A stretch of DNA of 64,000 nt. Origin: Octopus sinensis. Lineage: Eukaryota. Both the position numbers and the translations under genes were made by a program. The notes under the pieces are model-generated. The model was not told the DNA's origin and did not search any database. It worked only from the letters and a program-made list of their open reading frames with translations. Below are positions 27,424 through 41,141 of this stretch, piece after piece. The stretch spans positions 56,122,464-56,186,463 of the forward strand of contig NC_043011.1 of assembly GCF_006345805.1 (NCBI RefSeq), read 5' to 3'. Position 1 is the stretch's first letter; the number at the start of each line of letters is the position of its first letter.

Positions 27424-27995
27424 AATGAAAACTCGCAGCTCATTTTGCTGGTATGATGGAAAGTGTCAACTGTCGACAGCCCGAAGACTAAGGTGACACT
27501 TGTTTACTGGTCATGCTTCAAAAACCCTGCGAAGAATTCTAGCAGTTCCAAGCAATGCTGATTTTTGTAGGTGTTCCACCTTGACACTTGCACCAATCTT
27601 TCTTAGCCATGTTAATAGTTGAGTGCTGATACTTCAAATAGCACCAATTACTATTGGTATCACGTCTACTCTCTTCATTGAGCACAACCTTCGTATTTCC
27701 CACTTCAAATCGTCATAGTTGTTCATTTTCTTCTTCTTCTTTCACATTGGTCCTATTGTCACCGGGGCAAGCTATGTCGATTATCATACATGTTCTTCCT
27801 TTTTTATTCTCCACAACAATGTCCGGTTTCCGATGTCTGGTCAGGCGATCGCACTGAATCATTGCATCTTACAGGATTTTGCAATTCTCATTTTCGGTGA
27901 CTCCTTCTGGAGCTTGCTCGTGCCATTTCTTTGCTCTTTGTAGGCCCTGATTTCTACAAAGCTCCCATTGGATCATTCTTGCCACATTGTCATGT
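27424..27995 (-). mobile_element. Dong/R4-clade LINE 3' fragment
   Basis: rc: HDNVARMIQWELC..RKPDIVVENKKGRTCMIIDIACPGD..LKWEIRRL..VIPIVIGA..QKSALLGTARILRRVFEA*; its 3' end runs into the giant array. Confidence 0.85.
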
Positions 27996-27996
27996 T

Positions 27997-28031
<35 letters not shown>

Positions 28032-29033
28032 TATTATTACTGTTATCATTATTATTATCATTATCATCATGTTTATCATCATCATCATAACTTTTGTTAT
28101 TATCATACTTATACCAAAAATAATCGGCATGCATGGTTCTGTGAGTAAATGCCAAAGTGAGAATCTGGATAAGCTTCTGTTTTCAGTAAAGGAAACCAAT
28201 CCGCTGATTCACACATTACAAATGCAATCAGTAAGCGGAACATTAAAAATATGCAAGACTTTTTAAAAGTTTAAAATGTGAAATCGTTTTCGTTGTTTAC
28301 ACTCTTCCAACGATGGACCCTTATTTCTTTTTTAGAAACCAGTTCCTTCCTTCAAATAATTAAAAGCAGGAGGGAACATTACACACCTACATACATTTAC
28401 ACACACATACATACACAAGTTTCCTATTCTTTTATATGTTTTATTTATTGGGGGTGGGGGGCTGAAACCTTGATATGGCACAACTGTCAGTGGCGCTTGG
28501 TGGACCGTTTCGACCCCAATAATTAATAAAGCTTGGTATTTATTTTGTCGACACTGTTTACCGAACTGTTAAGTTATGCATGCGATATAAAGGGACGCGT
28601 CTCGACAAGTTGCAAAAGTGTGCATGCAAAAACATACACACATACACAGACACACACAGACACAGACACACACATACACAGACACACACATACACACACA
28701 TACACAGACACACACATACACACACAAGCATACACACACGCATACACACACGCATACACATACGCATACATGTATGTATATATTGTTGTCATATTTTAGG
28801 AGAGCCATTCTACTAATTAATACACTCATTGATTGACCTTTACTCCTTTACTGTAATTTACTAATTAGTTAATTAACAACAAAGAAATGAACTTCACACA
28901 AACAGTGTTTTTGTCTTTATTGGCAGACTGACCCTTCCAAAGTACAGCCATGTCTGTATCGACAGCAAGAAACTTACGAAACAAACTAAAAAACCACATG
29001 CACGCATCCCCAACCCGCCACACACATACGTGT

Positions 29034-29075
<42 letters not shown>

Positions 29076-29224
29076 TGAATGTTTATATAGATGTGGTTGT
29101 GTGTGAATGTGTTTATATAGATGTGTGTGTGTGTGTGTGCTTGTGCTTGTGCCGGTTCATGTGCTTATATATGTATACACATGTCAAATTCTAACATGCT
29201 AACTCGACGGTCATTGTAACTTCA

Positions 29225-29655
29225 ACTGATCAAGGCTATTCTTGTATCTTCTTCTTACTCAAGCCCTTCTTCACTCCATGCGGAACAGAAGACATTGACA
29301 ACTTTTCTCCACTCTTCTCGACTCTGGGTTGTCTTTTCTATTTCTCTCCTGTTAGATCCCTGTCTTTCCCAACCCCATGGTTTCATAATTCGTTTCAATG
29401 TTGCACGATGTTTTCCAAAACGACGGCCTTCCTCTCCCAGGTCCTGTTGGTTTTTTAATTGCCATTGATGTTTATGTAACTTTGCATTGGTCCCACGCAA
29501 AACTTAAATCCATTTTTACCTCTGGGAGGAGGTAATCTATGTTAATCTAGTCTTTATCATTTGACCTGTCCAGCATGGAAGGCCGTAGCAGGAGCTTATG
29601 ATCCGCTGGCATAGCTCTCAGGATCATTCAGGCACTCTAGCCACCACACCACAGC
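29225..29655 (-). mobile_element. RTE remnant: 5'UTR-like segment joined to a 3' end
   Basis: rc gagagctatgccagcgg..ctcctgctacggccttccatgctggacaggtc resembles recalled RTE/Expander 5'UTRs; followed by QSREEWRKVV..CSAWSE. Confidence 0.5.
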
Positions 29656-30131
29656 AAGGACTGGACCTGGTTGATATCTGTATCAGGGTGAGGTAAATAT
29701 TGTTGAACAATCTGTAACAAAATCAAAGGCACGTCTAATAACTGAAGATCAAAAAGAAAACAATAATTAATTTTAATTGGTATACGAGTGGGTATATATT
29801 TATGAAAAAGAAGTTTGAAAACGCCACTATATAAGATAAATTTTAATTTCCTTAGACATTTTACTTGTTTCGGTTCTTCTTGAAAAAACGAACCTTATCA
29901 AAAATATTTTAAAAAGTTAAGCGTAATAAAAAAGTTCATAATTGTTTCTTACTGGCCTCAACAGAATCCACGTGGTGGTTTTTTGTGGGGAGGAAGCATA
30001 ATAGCTGTCTTATGTGTTCGAATAAATTAAAGAAATGACCAGTGGCCGAAATAGCAGTAGCAGCAGTGACTGTTGGTCGTAGTAGTAGTAACCGTGGTGA
30101 TGGTGGTGGGGGGTTGGAGTTACAGCAGTTC

Positions 30132-30175
<44 letters not shown>

Positions 30176-30571
30176 TATATTTGAGTGCTATCCGTCACAT
30201 GACAGGTATCTTTGAAAGTATACTTTTGTCTTCATAGGGTAATATCAGGAAATATGGCATTCATACAATAATTAAAATTTCACTTTTTTCAGATTTCTTT
30301 GTGTTTATACAAAATGATGAAATGAATATAATTTTCGAAAGAAAACAATTTTCTACTTTAAAATAAATTTAAATAAAGCAAATCTTTCATTTGCATAACT
30401 CCACCCACAACAACTTTGTCACTATTTACTCCTCCTCCTCCATTTTTATGAGTTTTTCTCTCTTACTCTGTATGTCTGGTGTGTGTGTGTGTGCATGTGT
30501 GTGTGTGTGTGTGTCTAGTGTGTGTGTGTCTGTTTGTCTGTCTGTATGAAGCGTTCCATTACTCATTAACA

Positions 30572-30780
30572 TACATGCATGCTAGATATGCAACTATGTG
30601 CATGAGAATACATAAAGCAAAACATACAAATTTGCACATATACATATATACAAAGAAACAAAAATACCCTGTTGTTGGTGCTGAAATTCCAATGAAGGGA
30701 CCTTGGATGTAGGTTAGAAACCGACCCTTTCGCTATTGGCAAGAAACCTTGAAATAAAACTGAACAAAGACAAACATACA
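30572..30780 (-). mobile_element. Dispersed repeat family D
   Basis: rc matches part of 45601-45960 (cagttttatttcaagg..gggtcggtttctaacct..aacaacagggtattt). Confidence 0.75.
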
Positions 30781-32121
30781 TATATTTGTAAACTCAAGGA
30801 GAAAGGAACCAAACCTAAACGAGTAATACTTTTTTACTGTGTCTTCCTTCTCGCTTTTTCTTATTCTTTTAAAGATATCCAAGGTTCAAGGGAACTAAAA
30901 ATCACTATAACAAAGGGACTTCTTACCCGAAATATTAGTTCTATTAGATATTTTAAGGTCATAATTCGATATCTTTGCTATTTTGATATTTAACCGCCTC
31001 ACAACATTACTGTGGCCTTCTAAAACTTCTAAAAATTGTTCGTCTTTGTTGGAAGATTTTTACAAGGCAGCCCCATGGATTACGAATCATCTAGAAGTTT
31101 GCAACAGACTTATCTAATACAATAAAGAATAAGAAGAGCTCAAACTCTAACCCTGACCCTATTATTTAAAATGAAATGAAAATAAAGAACATAAAAATGC
31201 CTGAAATGCATATGAGATGGTCACGGCTGAAGCATCTATGATTATAGGTCTGCTCAATAACAATTGACCTGGGATTAAACATTAACAAGAATGAAATAAT
31301 TGAGATAGAGTCAACAGCCGTCAAGTTTCCCTCATTTAACATTCTGCCTTTTAAAAAAAAGAAAGATCATTGTGTGTAGTCCTAGATACACTGTTAAAGA
31401 ATAAGAAAAAGTAGACGAGAAAGTCACGGCTGAAGCGCCTTCAAATGTCTTCTAAATAAGGACCGATTCTTAGAATAAACAACAAGAACTTTAGTCAGAA
31501 AAAGAGATCACTCATGAGGGAGGTACTTTATAGTAGCTTGACTTGCTAAAAATAGCAAGTAAATATTCAATCCTGCTTCATAAAAATGGAAGGACACATT
31601 TTATAATATAATCCAGCGAACGATGGCCCCAAATGAAGCTCGTTGATTCATAGGTCTGCACAATAAACACTCTGTGTTACGACGAGGCAACGACAATACA
31701 AGAATCACTAAGACAACCAACGAAAGAACCTTAACATGGTCGCTCGGCTGCTGGAAATAGCAACCAAATCTCCATCGGATCCACACATGGTGAATGCTTA
31801 TTTGTCGAAAGCATACTCGTGAAAGAAAACAAAAAACCGTGAAGATATCGTGAGATTTGTGTTCCGGTTGATATCTGAGTGTTAAAACCGCTCGTATGTC
31901 TTTGACGGAAGGGTCCTTCCGTCGAAACATCAAGATTACTAGAACACCGACGTACGTTAGCATCAAAATACTGCAAGACCGACATTTTTTCATAGCTTGT
32001 TTTGAATTGCAGCAAATGCCCAGTTTTTTTTTTATATCGTTTGTAAGTTTTTCGCCTGTAACTATCGTCCGTGTACTTTCGCTTGGTATTTCTGTAAAGA
32101 GCTAAGAATTTATTTATTCTT

Positions 32122-32289
32122 GTAGGAGTGGCTGTGTGGTAAGTAGCTTGCTTACCAACCACATGGTTCCGGGTTCAGCCCCACTGCGTGGCACCTTGGG
32201 CAAGTGTCTTCTAGTATAGCCTCGGGTCGACCAAAGCCTTGTGAGTGGATTTGGTAGACCGAAGCTGAAAGAAACTTCTCCTATATATA

Positions 32290-32348
<59 letters not shown>

Positions 32349-32570
32349 GTGTGTGTGTATCTGTGTTTGTCCCCCACCAACATCGCTTGACAACCGATGC
32401 TGGTGTGTTTACGTTCCCGTAACTTAGCGGTTCGACAAAAGAGACCGATAGAATATGTACTAGGCTTACAAAGAATAAGTCCTGGGGTTGGTTTGCACGA
32501 TTAAAAGGCGGTGCTCCAGCATGGCCACAGTCACATGACTGAAACAAGTAAAAGAGTAAAAGAGTAAAGA
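32122..32570 (+). mobile_element. CORE-type SINE family A, full length
   Basis: Same structure as 6749-7208. Confidence 0.9.
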
Positions 32571-32634
32571 GTAATCAATGAACAGAGAATGTATACTTAT
32601 ATCTTTTAGAAAATATCTGAATACCAACACATTG

Positions 32635-32684
<50 letters not shown>

Positions 32685-33178
32685 GTGTGTGTGTGTGTGT
32701 GTGTGTGTGCCTTTTGAATTTTCGTAAATGCCTAGTTTACAATGTAATTCGTTTGATTGACATCGATTCAGTTAGTTTGTGGTGTCTTCCTTATTCAATA
32801 AAGGGAAGATGCGCTACCAATTTGATGGACGACCTCTGGCGACTTCTTTGACAAGTGTTCTATGCTTGTCATGGAATTTCCCAGGGAGAATACGAAGATG
32901 GTTTCGCTTTGCCTTCCTCTAACTATAATATATTAGCGAAAGAATTAGAGTATTGATGCCTGTTACCTTACTTAACCGTAAACACGATTGTATTTAAACA
33001 TTTTCTGTTGATTTATTTAGTAGAAAACGTTGCTATTTGTTTTAACAACAAAAAGACTTTGCTGGAAATAAATGAAAAAATTTCTTGGCGAACTTAAAAG
33101 CAAAAGGATACAACTTAGATCTAAATCTGTTTGTGTTTCTTTTTTAATGTCATTCTACTGTACTCCCATGCATGTGTG

Positions 33179-33236
<58 letters not shown>

Positions 33237-33237
33237 T

Positions 33238-33374
33238 TATTATATAGAAGGAGTTTCTCTTGAATGAAACACTTCTAGTCCTGTAGAAGCTCCTTCTATA
33301 TAATAAATTAATTTTACTCTGCTATGTATTGAGTACCTTATTTACTGTGGTTAACCCCGAATCAACCCGGGACC

Positions 33375-33376
<2 letters not shown>
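33238..33376. repeat. Second copy of the 17917 element with the palindrome collapsed
   Basis: Right arm and flank nearly identical; most of the left arm and the centre are deleted. Confidence 0.85.
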
Positions 33377-33460
<84 letters not shown>

Positions 33461-33732
33461 GAATATGCACATATATATATATTATATATATATATACATA
33501 TATGTATGTATGTATGTATGAATGTATGTATGTATATATATAGCTGGTCGAAATTTCGAAGGTGTAAAATCGTTTTTATTATTACATAAAAACAAACATT
33601 AATATATATATTTTGTTTCGGTACAGTCAACAACATTTTATTACTTTACAGAATTTTAACCCACAACGTAAAGACGGACGAAATGCTGCTATGCATTTCA
33701 TCCGGAGTGTTAACAGTTTTGCCTTAATAATA

Positions 33733-33783
<51 letters not shown>

Positions 33784-33792
33784 TAATAATAA

Positions 33793-34090
33793 TACCTGGA
33801 AATAGAGGTAACTCAAAGGTGGAGTCTGAAAACAGTAACAATTCCTATCATAGTAGGCGCATTAGGTATGATAAAAAAATATTCAGGCAAATACGTAACA
33901 AAAACACCAGGTCTAACAAATATATATAACATACAGAAAATTGCACTACCAGGCACTGCACACATCCTACGTAAAACACTTTCAATACATCAAAAATAAG
34001 AGCACCACAACAAAGCACAGCACATAGCCAAGGCACACAGAGCTGTGCTCGGCAGTGCAGTGAAAGCACGTGATAAAAATAAGACTACTG
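33793..34090 (+). mobile_element. Dong/R4-clade LINE 3' fragment
   Basis: YLEIEVTQRWSLKTVTIPIIVGALGMIKK..IQKIALPGTAHILRKTLSI; (TAA)n on both sides. Confidence 0.8.
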
Positions 34091-34103
34091 AATAATAATG
34101 ATG

Positions 34104-34166
<63 letters not shown>

Positions 34167-34167
34167 T

Positions 34168-34611
34168 ACCACTGTTTTGCTTGTCAGTTGTTTGACCTTA
34201 ACCAGTTGAGCATGTCCCTTAGTGACTGACGATGTGTGCATCTCTGATCACGAGCAGAAGTAGTAGGGGAACATCATAGCCATGTGTTAAAAGGAATTCT
34301 TTGGGGGTTTGGATAATTCACATCTGGAAACATGGGTGTTTTGTTCAATATCCTTACACAACCCTTATTCGGGGACCTTTTGAGCGGGATGGGGTACTCG
34401 ACCAGAAGAAAATTCTAAACTGGGCCCCACCTGCAAGGTCATGTGCTGTTAATATTGATATGAGATCACCATGTCGGGCACATGTGGTTGTGATGCATGT
34501 GCCTGGTGTGCCCTTATCAGGCGGGTGATCATGATGGGTATACTGGGCTTCACATATTTTACCCCAGTGTCACTTTGATGGCATGAACTGCTTTCTCACT
34601 CAATTGTAATA

Positions 34612-34640
<29 letters not shown>
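34168..34640 (+). mobile_element. Dispersed repeat family F with (ATG)n tail
   Basis: Second copy at 20035-20305. Confidence 0.75.
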
Positions 34641-34645
<5 letters not shown>

Positions 34646-34887
34646 CAAACCATCTAGAAAGTAACACTTTACATCCAGAAGAACAGAAAAGATGCAGGAA
34701 ATCAATTAGGGCATCAAAAGATCACTTATTAGTTGATAAAATGATAATTAGAAATTGTAGACGCAGATTAATGGGACTGAGTGTTGCATGGCTAGATTAC
34801 AAAAACCCATACGACATGGTATCACACAGTTGGATAAGTAAGACAATGAGCAAATTTGGAATAGGAAAAGACATTGAGAAAATGGTT

Positions 34888-35256
34888 GGAAGCACTCCGT
34901 CGGTTACGACGACGAGGGTTCCGGTTGATCCGAATCAACGGAACAGCCTGCTCGTGAAATTAACGTGTAAGTGGCTGAGCACTCCACAGAAACGTGTACC
35001 CTTAACGTAGTTCTCGGGGATATTCAGCGTGACACAGTGAGTGACAAGGCCGGCCCTTTGAAATACAGGTACAACAGAAACAGGAAGTAAGAGTGAGAGA
35101 AAGTTGTGGTGAAAGAGTACAGCAGGGATCACCACCATCCCCTGCCGGAGCCTCGTGGAGCTTGAGGTGTTTTCGCTCAATAAACACTCATAACGCCCGG
35201 TCTGGGAATCGAAACCGCGATCCGCTGCCCTAACCACTGGGCCATTGCGCATCCAC
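34888..35256 (-). mobile_element. SINE family C1
   Basis: 13-bp TSD tgagaaaatggtt at 34875-87 and 35257-69. Confidence 0.9.
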
Positions 35257-35682
35257 TGAGAAAATGGTTAATGAAAGCATGAAACATCGGAATACTGAAT
35301 TGATCGGAGGAAAACAAAAACTCGGTAAAGTAAACATCAGACATGGAATATTCCAAGGTGATAGCTTATCTCCATGGCTATTCGTATTGGCCATGAAACC
35401 GTTCACTATGATACTACGAAAAGTTAGAATTGATTGAAGGAAATGGTCAGATAAATCATCTACTTTTCATGGGTGATATAAAGGTTTATGTGAAATATGA
35501 GAAACAACTTGAAAGTCTTGTACATACTATCTACATTTTCTCAAATGGCGTAGGTATGGAATGCGGGAATGAAAAGTGCACTATATTGAAAATGAAACGA
35601 GGAAAATTTGAAAGAAGCCAAGGAATTGTGATGCCAAATGGGCAAACAAAGAGAGCGGTCGAGAAAGGACAGTGTATAAGTA

Positions 35683-36253
35683 AGGCGGCAAGCTGGCGGA
35701 GACGTTAGCACGCTGGGCGAAATGCTTAGCGGTATTTCGTCTGCTGCAACGTTCTGAGTTCAAATTCCGCCGAGGTCGACTTTGCCTTTCATCCCTTCGG
35801 GGTCGATTAAATAAGTACCTGTTACGCACTGGGGTCGATGTAATCGACTTAATCCGTTTGTTTGTCCTTGTTGTCCCCTCTGTGGGTAGTAAAGAAATAG
35901 GTATTTCGTCTGCTGCAACGTTCTGAGTTCAAATTCCGCCGAGGTCGACTTTGCCTTTCATCCTTTCGGGGTCGATTAAATAAGTACCAGTTACGCATTG
36001 GGGTCGATGTAATCGACTTAATCCGTTTGTTTGTCCTTGTTTGTCCCCTCTGTGGGTAGTAAATAAATAGGTATTTCGTCTGCTGCAACGTTCTGAGTTC
36101 AAATTCCACCGAGTTCGACTTTGCCTTTCATCCCTTCGGGGTCGATTAAATAAGTACCAGTTACGCACTGGCGTCGATGTAATCGACTTAATCCGTGTGT
36201 CTGTCCTTGTTTGTCCCCTCTGTGTTTAGCCTCTTGTGGGCAGTGAAGAAATA
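35683..36253 (+). mobile_element. SINE family B head-to-tail trimer
   Basis: Full unit plus two units starting gtatttcgtc at 35901 and 36071. Confidence 0.9.
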
Positions 36254-37064
36254 GGTGTAAGTACTTGGGAATGCAGGAAATAGATGAGATAAAAAATGAA
36301 GAGATGAAACAAATTACCAGTAGTGAGTACACAAGGAGAATCAGAAAATTATTACAGTCAAATTTCTTATTGAAGCAATAAATTGAGGAGCAGCACCTTT
36401 AATCAGATATGAAGCTGATATAATAGACTGGACCAGAATCGAAGTAAAGAAACTTGACAGAAAACCTACGAAGTTGTTGTCGTCGTAGGGAGCCTACCAT
36501 CCCAAAATACTACAAGTTGTGACGACACGACACGATCAGGTAGTGAAAGTGCTACATGAGAAACTGCGAAAAGTGAGGGCTAGAGAGAGGCAAGGCGTGG
36601 TATTTCCCTATCCAAACAGATTAGGTGCTGGAGCATAACAGACCGGACCTAGTGGTGGTGGACAAGGCGCACCACATGTGCTATATAGTTGATGTTGCGT
36701 GCCCCCTTTGATACGCGGATAGTCAAGAAGGAAGGCGAAAAGATAGATACAACCCTCTTAAGAACGAAATAGCCAGGTTATGGAAAATGAAGAAGGTGAA
36801 AACAGTGCCAATTACTGTTGGGTCCTTGGGGACCGTATCGGAAGGCATCAAGAGGAATATAAAGAAAATTGGATAAAAGGGCCCAGTAGAACTGTTACAA
36901 AAGGTTTGCCTCTTTGGCACGGCCAGAATAATCAGGAAAGAATTAGATAGCTGAAAAGAAGGGATAGCATGGTACCGTAAGGCTGCAGGTAGTAAACTCG
37001 CTAGGCATGCAAGACTCCAGGAACTTCAACAAAACCTGTGATAAAAAGAGATTAAAAAATCATT

Positions 37065-37235
37065 TCTACTAGAAGCACAAGGCCTCGAATTCAGTGGAGG
37101 GCACTAGTCGATTACGTCGACCCCAGTGGTACTTTATTTATCGACCCCGAAATGATGAAAGGCAAAGTAGGCCACAGCGGAATTTGAACTCAGAACGTAA
37201 AGACGGACGAAATGCCGCCAACTATTTTGCCCGAA
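37065..37235 (-). mobile_element. SINE B-related copy
   Basis: rc of family-B body with a variant tail. Confidence 0.7.
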
Positions 37236-37530
<295 letters not shown>

Positions 37531-38091
37531 TGATATAGACACCTTTTTATTTGCCAGCAAGGCAATGGACGAATGGGAGATACATAGTCATAATGGCATT
37601 TATTTATTCCACAGACACAAGCAGAATAACGGTCTCCTAATTAAATTCACGCTTCCGAGACAAACAGCATGAGATGATATTTTGTCTACAATGACACGGC
37701 AGCGAAAAAATACAACGTGTAAAGTTTAAATTCGTGTTGGTCACCATTTGCATTCAGCCGAGAAGTAGGTTTACATTTGTTCGACTTTTCCTTGAATAAC
37801 CTGTTTAGTCTCATCGGAAAAGTTTCTTCTAGAAACTGATTTTCTAAGTTAAAATAATGGAAATATCAAAATGCCGCTTCAGTAATTTGATCATCTTTCA
37901 GAAAGAAAACAGATACCGTTTGCAGCAGATCACGCGGGATTTGGTTTAAACGTGACTTGCGACTAATTCTTCTTTGCTGTAATGACATAAAGTCACTGAT
38001 TTCTCCTGGCTTGATGTCGAAACTGACATTGCTTAACCGCAAATCATAAATGCACGGTTAAAGAATATCGCTAAGGAAGATTGAAGTATCA

Positions 38092-38149
<58 letters not shown>

Positions 38150-39319
38150 GAGGGCAATTTATGAGTAAGAATAAAAGAATGAAAGAAAAACAATGATTGT
38201 ACAGCCAATGTACTTAGACTGTGAAGGGAAGGAAGAGATATCGACGCTTCGGACAATTGCTTCTATGTAAAAGAAAAAACAAATTGTGAATGATAAAACT
38301 ATGCTAGAGAAACAACATAATAATAAAATGTAGTTGATAATTTAAGAACAAAAACAAAAGCAAAAAGAAGACTGTTCAGTGTATCTTCATATGTGTGTCT
38401 ATGTTGTTGTTGTTGTTATTGTTCGTGTTAGTCGCCATTTGCATTCAGCTCAAATACGTTCGAATTTGTTCAACTTTTCTTTAAACAACGGCTTGAATAA
38501 TTGTTGTTGATATTGTTGTGGTTATTGTTATTGTTATCAATGCCGTTGCTGTTGTTGTTTTTATTCTTGTTCTTTATCCTCTGGTTGGTCCGGGACAGAC
38601 TTATGAACGAAGACGTTCCAGCCATATCCATACCATATTTTATTCCAGAGAACATGATCCAATGTTTTCTTTCCTTGGGTGCAATTTTGGAAGAGATTTG
38701 GCTCCTATTTCTTGTTGGTCGGATGCCTACACAGTGACTCTCGCGTTGGTTCAAATACCATCGTTTCAAGCCAAATTTAACTGAGGAAACCTACGCCTGA
38801 AGACATGTCAACCATGACCATCCCGTTTTACTTAAGATAATGTCCCTCTCTAAGACTTGATTATTATAATTTAAGCTATGATTCGAGGGAGAGCGGGGCA
38901 TTATTTCTAACAGATCAAGGCTCCCTTGTTGTTGCTGTCCTCTTCAAGCAAGTTCCGAACAAAGGATCAAAGATAGTCTTGTCTTTTGTACATCTAAGGC
39001 TAAACCATTTACTGTATTACTTCTTGAGAGCATAGAGTGTGATTTTAAGGGGATTTTGTTACCATTTAGAGCAGGTTGAGGGACCATGTAGAGGAAAATT
39101 CTATCAAGCAATCAGATCAAAGTTTCGGATCATTACAATGCCAGAGTAACTTCGGAAAATGAAAACGAACGCTGCTGTACCAAACACTACGTTCAATTGT
39201 TTTCCTTCTTTTATTCCAATTTGCAATCATTTCACTTCTGTCCCCAATCTTCTCCGGAAAGGCATTAATGTACCATTATCTCACCACAACCATTAATCTA
39301 TGGTTATTTATTTGTATTA

Positions 39320-39460
39320 TAAGGTTGTCCCAAAAGTTCGCAGAAAGTCTTGGAAAATAATGGTCTTTATTTTGAGGAATAATTTCTGTTGTTTTTGTTA
39401 GTACTTGGCGAGTAAAAATTCAATTTTCGCAAGTGTTTACGAACTTTTGGGACAACCTAA
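39320..39460. mobile_element. Mariner-type MITE, 141 bp
   Basis: TIRs taaggttgtcccaaaagttcg / cgaacttttgggacaacctaa, TA flanks. Confidence 0.85.
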
Positions 39461-39942
39461 TAAAACAATGTATGTTCTACCTTGGAATTCGGGAATTCTC
39501 TCCCTCTTTGTATTGTTCCATCAAATTGTGATTTACAACAGACAGTTCCAACACCCAATAATAACCAAATGCTAATTGCAGTTGTTGTTACAAGGTTTGC
39601 CGCCGTGCCAAACTTATTATTCTGACATAAGTATTACACAAAAATAAATATAAAAACTTTAGGTTATTTCTATGTATAATATGATTGGAACATGAGACAA
39701 TCCTTGTTTCTGGATGTGTATTATTAGATTTGCAAGCGAATTGGCGAAGCAGCTTACATTATGACTCTTCAAGAACAGAGTTTAGAGAAAGATTTACCAT
39801 CCTCGGTGTGTTGTGTGCATATAGCACAGCTAGAATATACGCCACTTTTACGCTATACATACACACGTACGTACATGCTTACGTTTGTGTTGTGGTGGCA
39901 TAATATATATGTGTATACATACATACATACATAAATAATACA

Positions 39943-39976
<34 letters not shown>

Positions 39977-39998
39977 CATACATATAATAATATATATA

Positions 39999-40048
<50 letters not shown>

Positions 40049-40184
40049 GTATATATGTATATATATATATAATGTATATATATATATTATATATATATTA
40101 TATATATATATATATATTATATATATGTATATATATATAATACATAATATATATAATACATATGTGCATATATATATATATATA

Positions 40185-40348
40185 CGACGGGCTACTTTCA
40201 GTTTCCGTCTACCAAATCCACTCACAAGGCTTTGGTCGGCCCGAGGGCTATAGTAGAAGACACTTGCCCAAGGTTCCACGCAGTGGGACTGAACCCGGAA
40301 CCATATGGTTCGTAAGCAAGCTACATACCACACAGCCACTCCTGCGCC
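40185..40348 (-). mobile_element. Family A SINE 5' half adjoining (TA)n
   Basis: rc of head and CORE region. Confidence 0.85.
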
Positions 40349-40389
40349 TATATATATCTATAAAACATATGTGCATATATATATATATC

Positions 40390-40420
<31 letters not shown>

Positions 40421-40912
40421 AAAGATTAATAGAGAAGACAGAATGTACCAAAAAAAAAAGAATTTATTACCACAACAATTGTTTCATCATGAATGTGCAC
40501 TGCTCCCTTGTGGGCGTGAAACGACGCAATAATACCAGATGCAACGCACAATGCATAGATGACTCCTCAGGTGGGTTAATATGGTTTTAAGCCGGGAGAT
40601 TTACATTGCAGTTCCGCTGTATTAAGAGATTTTATCAGTTAGACAGACGCACAGACAAACAGACGCGCACATTCATACTTTTAAATCAATGCTAAGACAG
40701 ACAGACAGACTTGATCCTTTAATAAGTTTTTCCATGGGTACATGTCAGGGTGTGTCACATGTATGTGTGTCAACCAAGTACATACGCGCACAGGTGTACA
40801 CACATACATTCGTACTTACATATATCCTGCGGGCACAGACATCCATTTGCCCATATACATATAAACATCATATCGACACTGTCATCATGGAGTATATGCA
40901 CGTACACGCACG

Positions 40913-40960
<48 letters not shown>

Positions 40961-41109
40961 ACACACACACACACACATTTACTCACATGCACTTTTACAC
41001 CCACGTCATAAGACATATACATCTAAATGTACATTGATGCTTGCACTTCAAAATGTTTGTAGGCAAGTATACATACATACATACATGCATATATATATAT
41101 ATACATACA

Positions 41110-41141
<32 letters not shown>

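Larger units (their letters stand above)
34645..37060 (+). mobile_element. Dong/R4-clade LINE, 5'-truncated and degenerate (RT + RLE), with two SINE insertions
   Basis: EEQKRCRK..KDHLLVDK..AWLDYKNPYDMVSHSW; GIFQGDSLSP; NHLLFMGDIK; PDLVVVDK..IVDVACPFD..VPITVGSLG. Confidence 0.88.
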
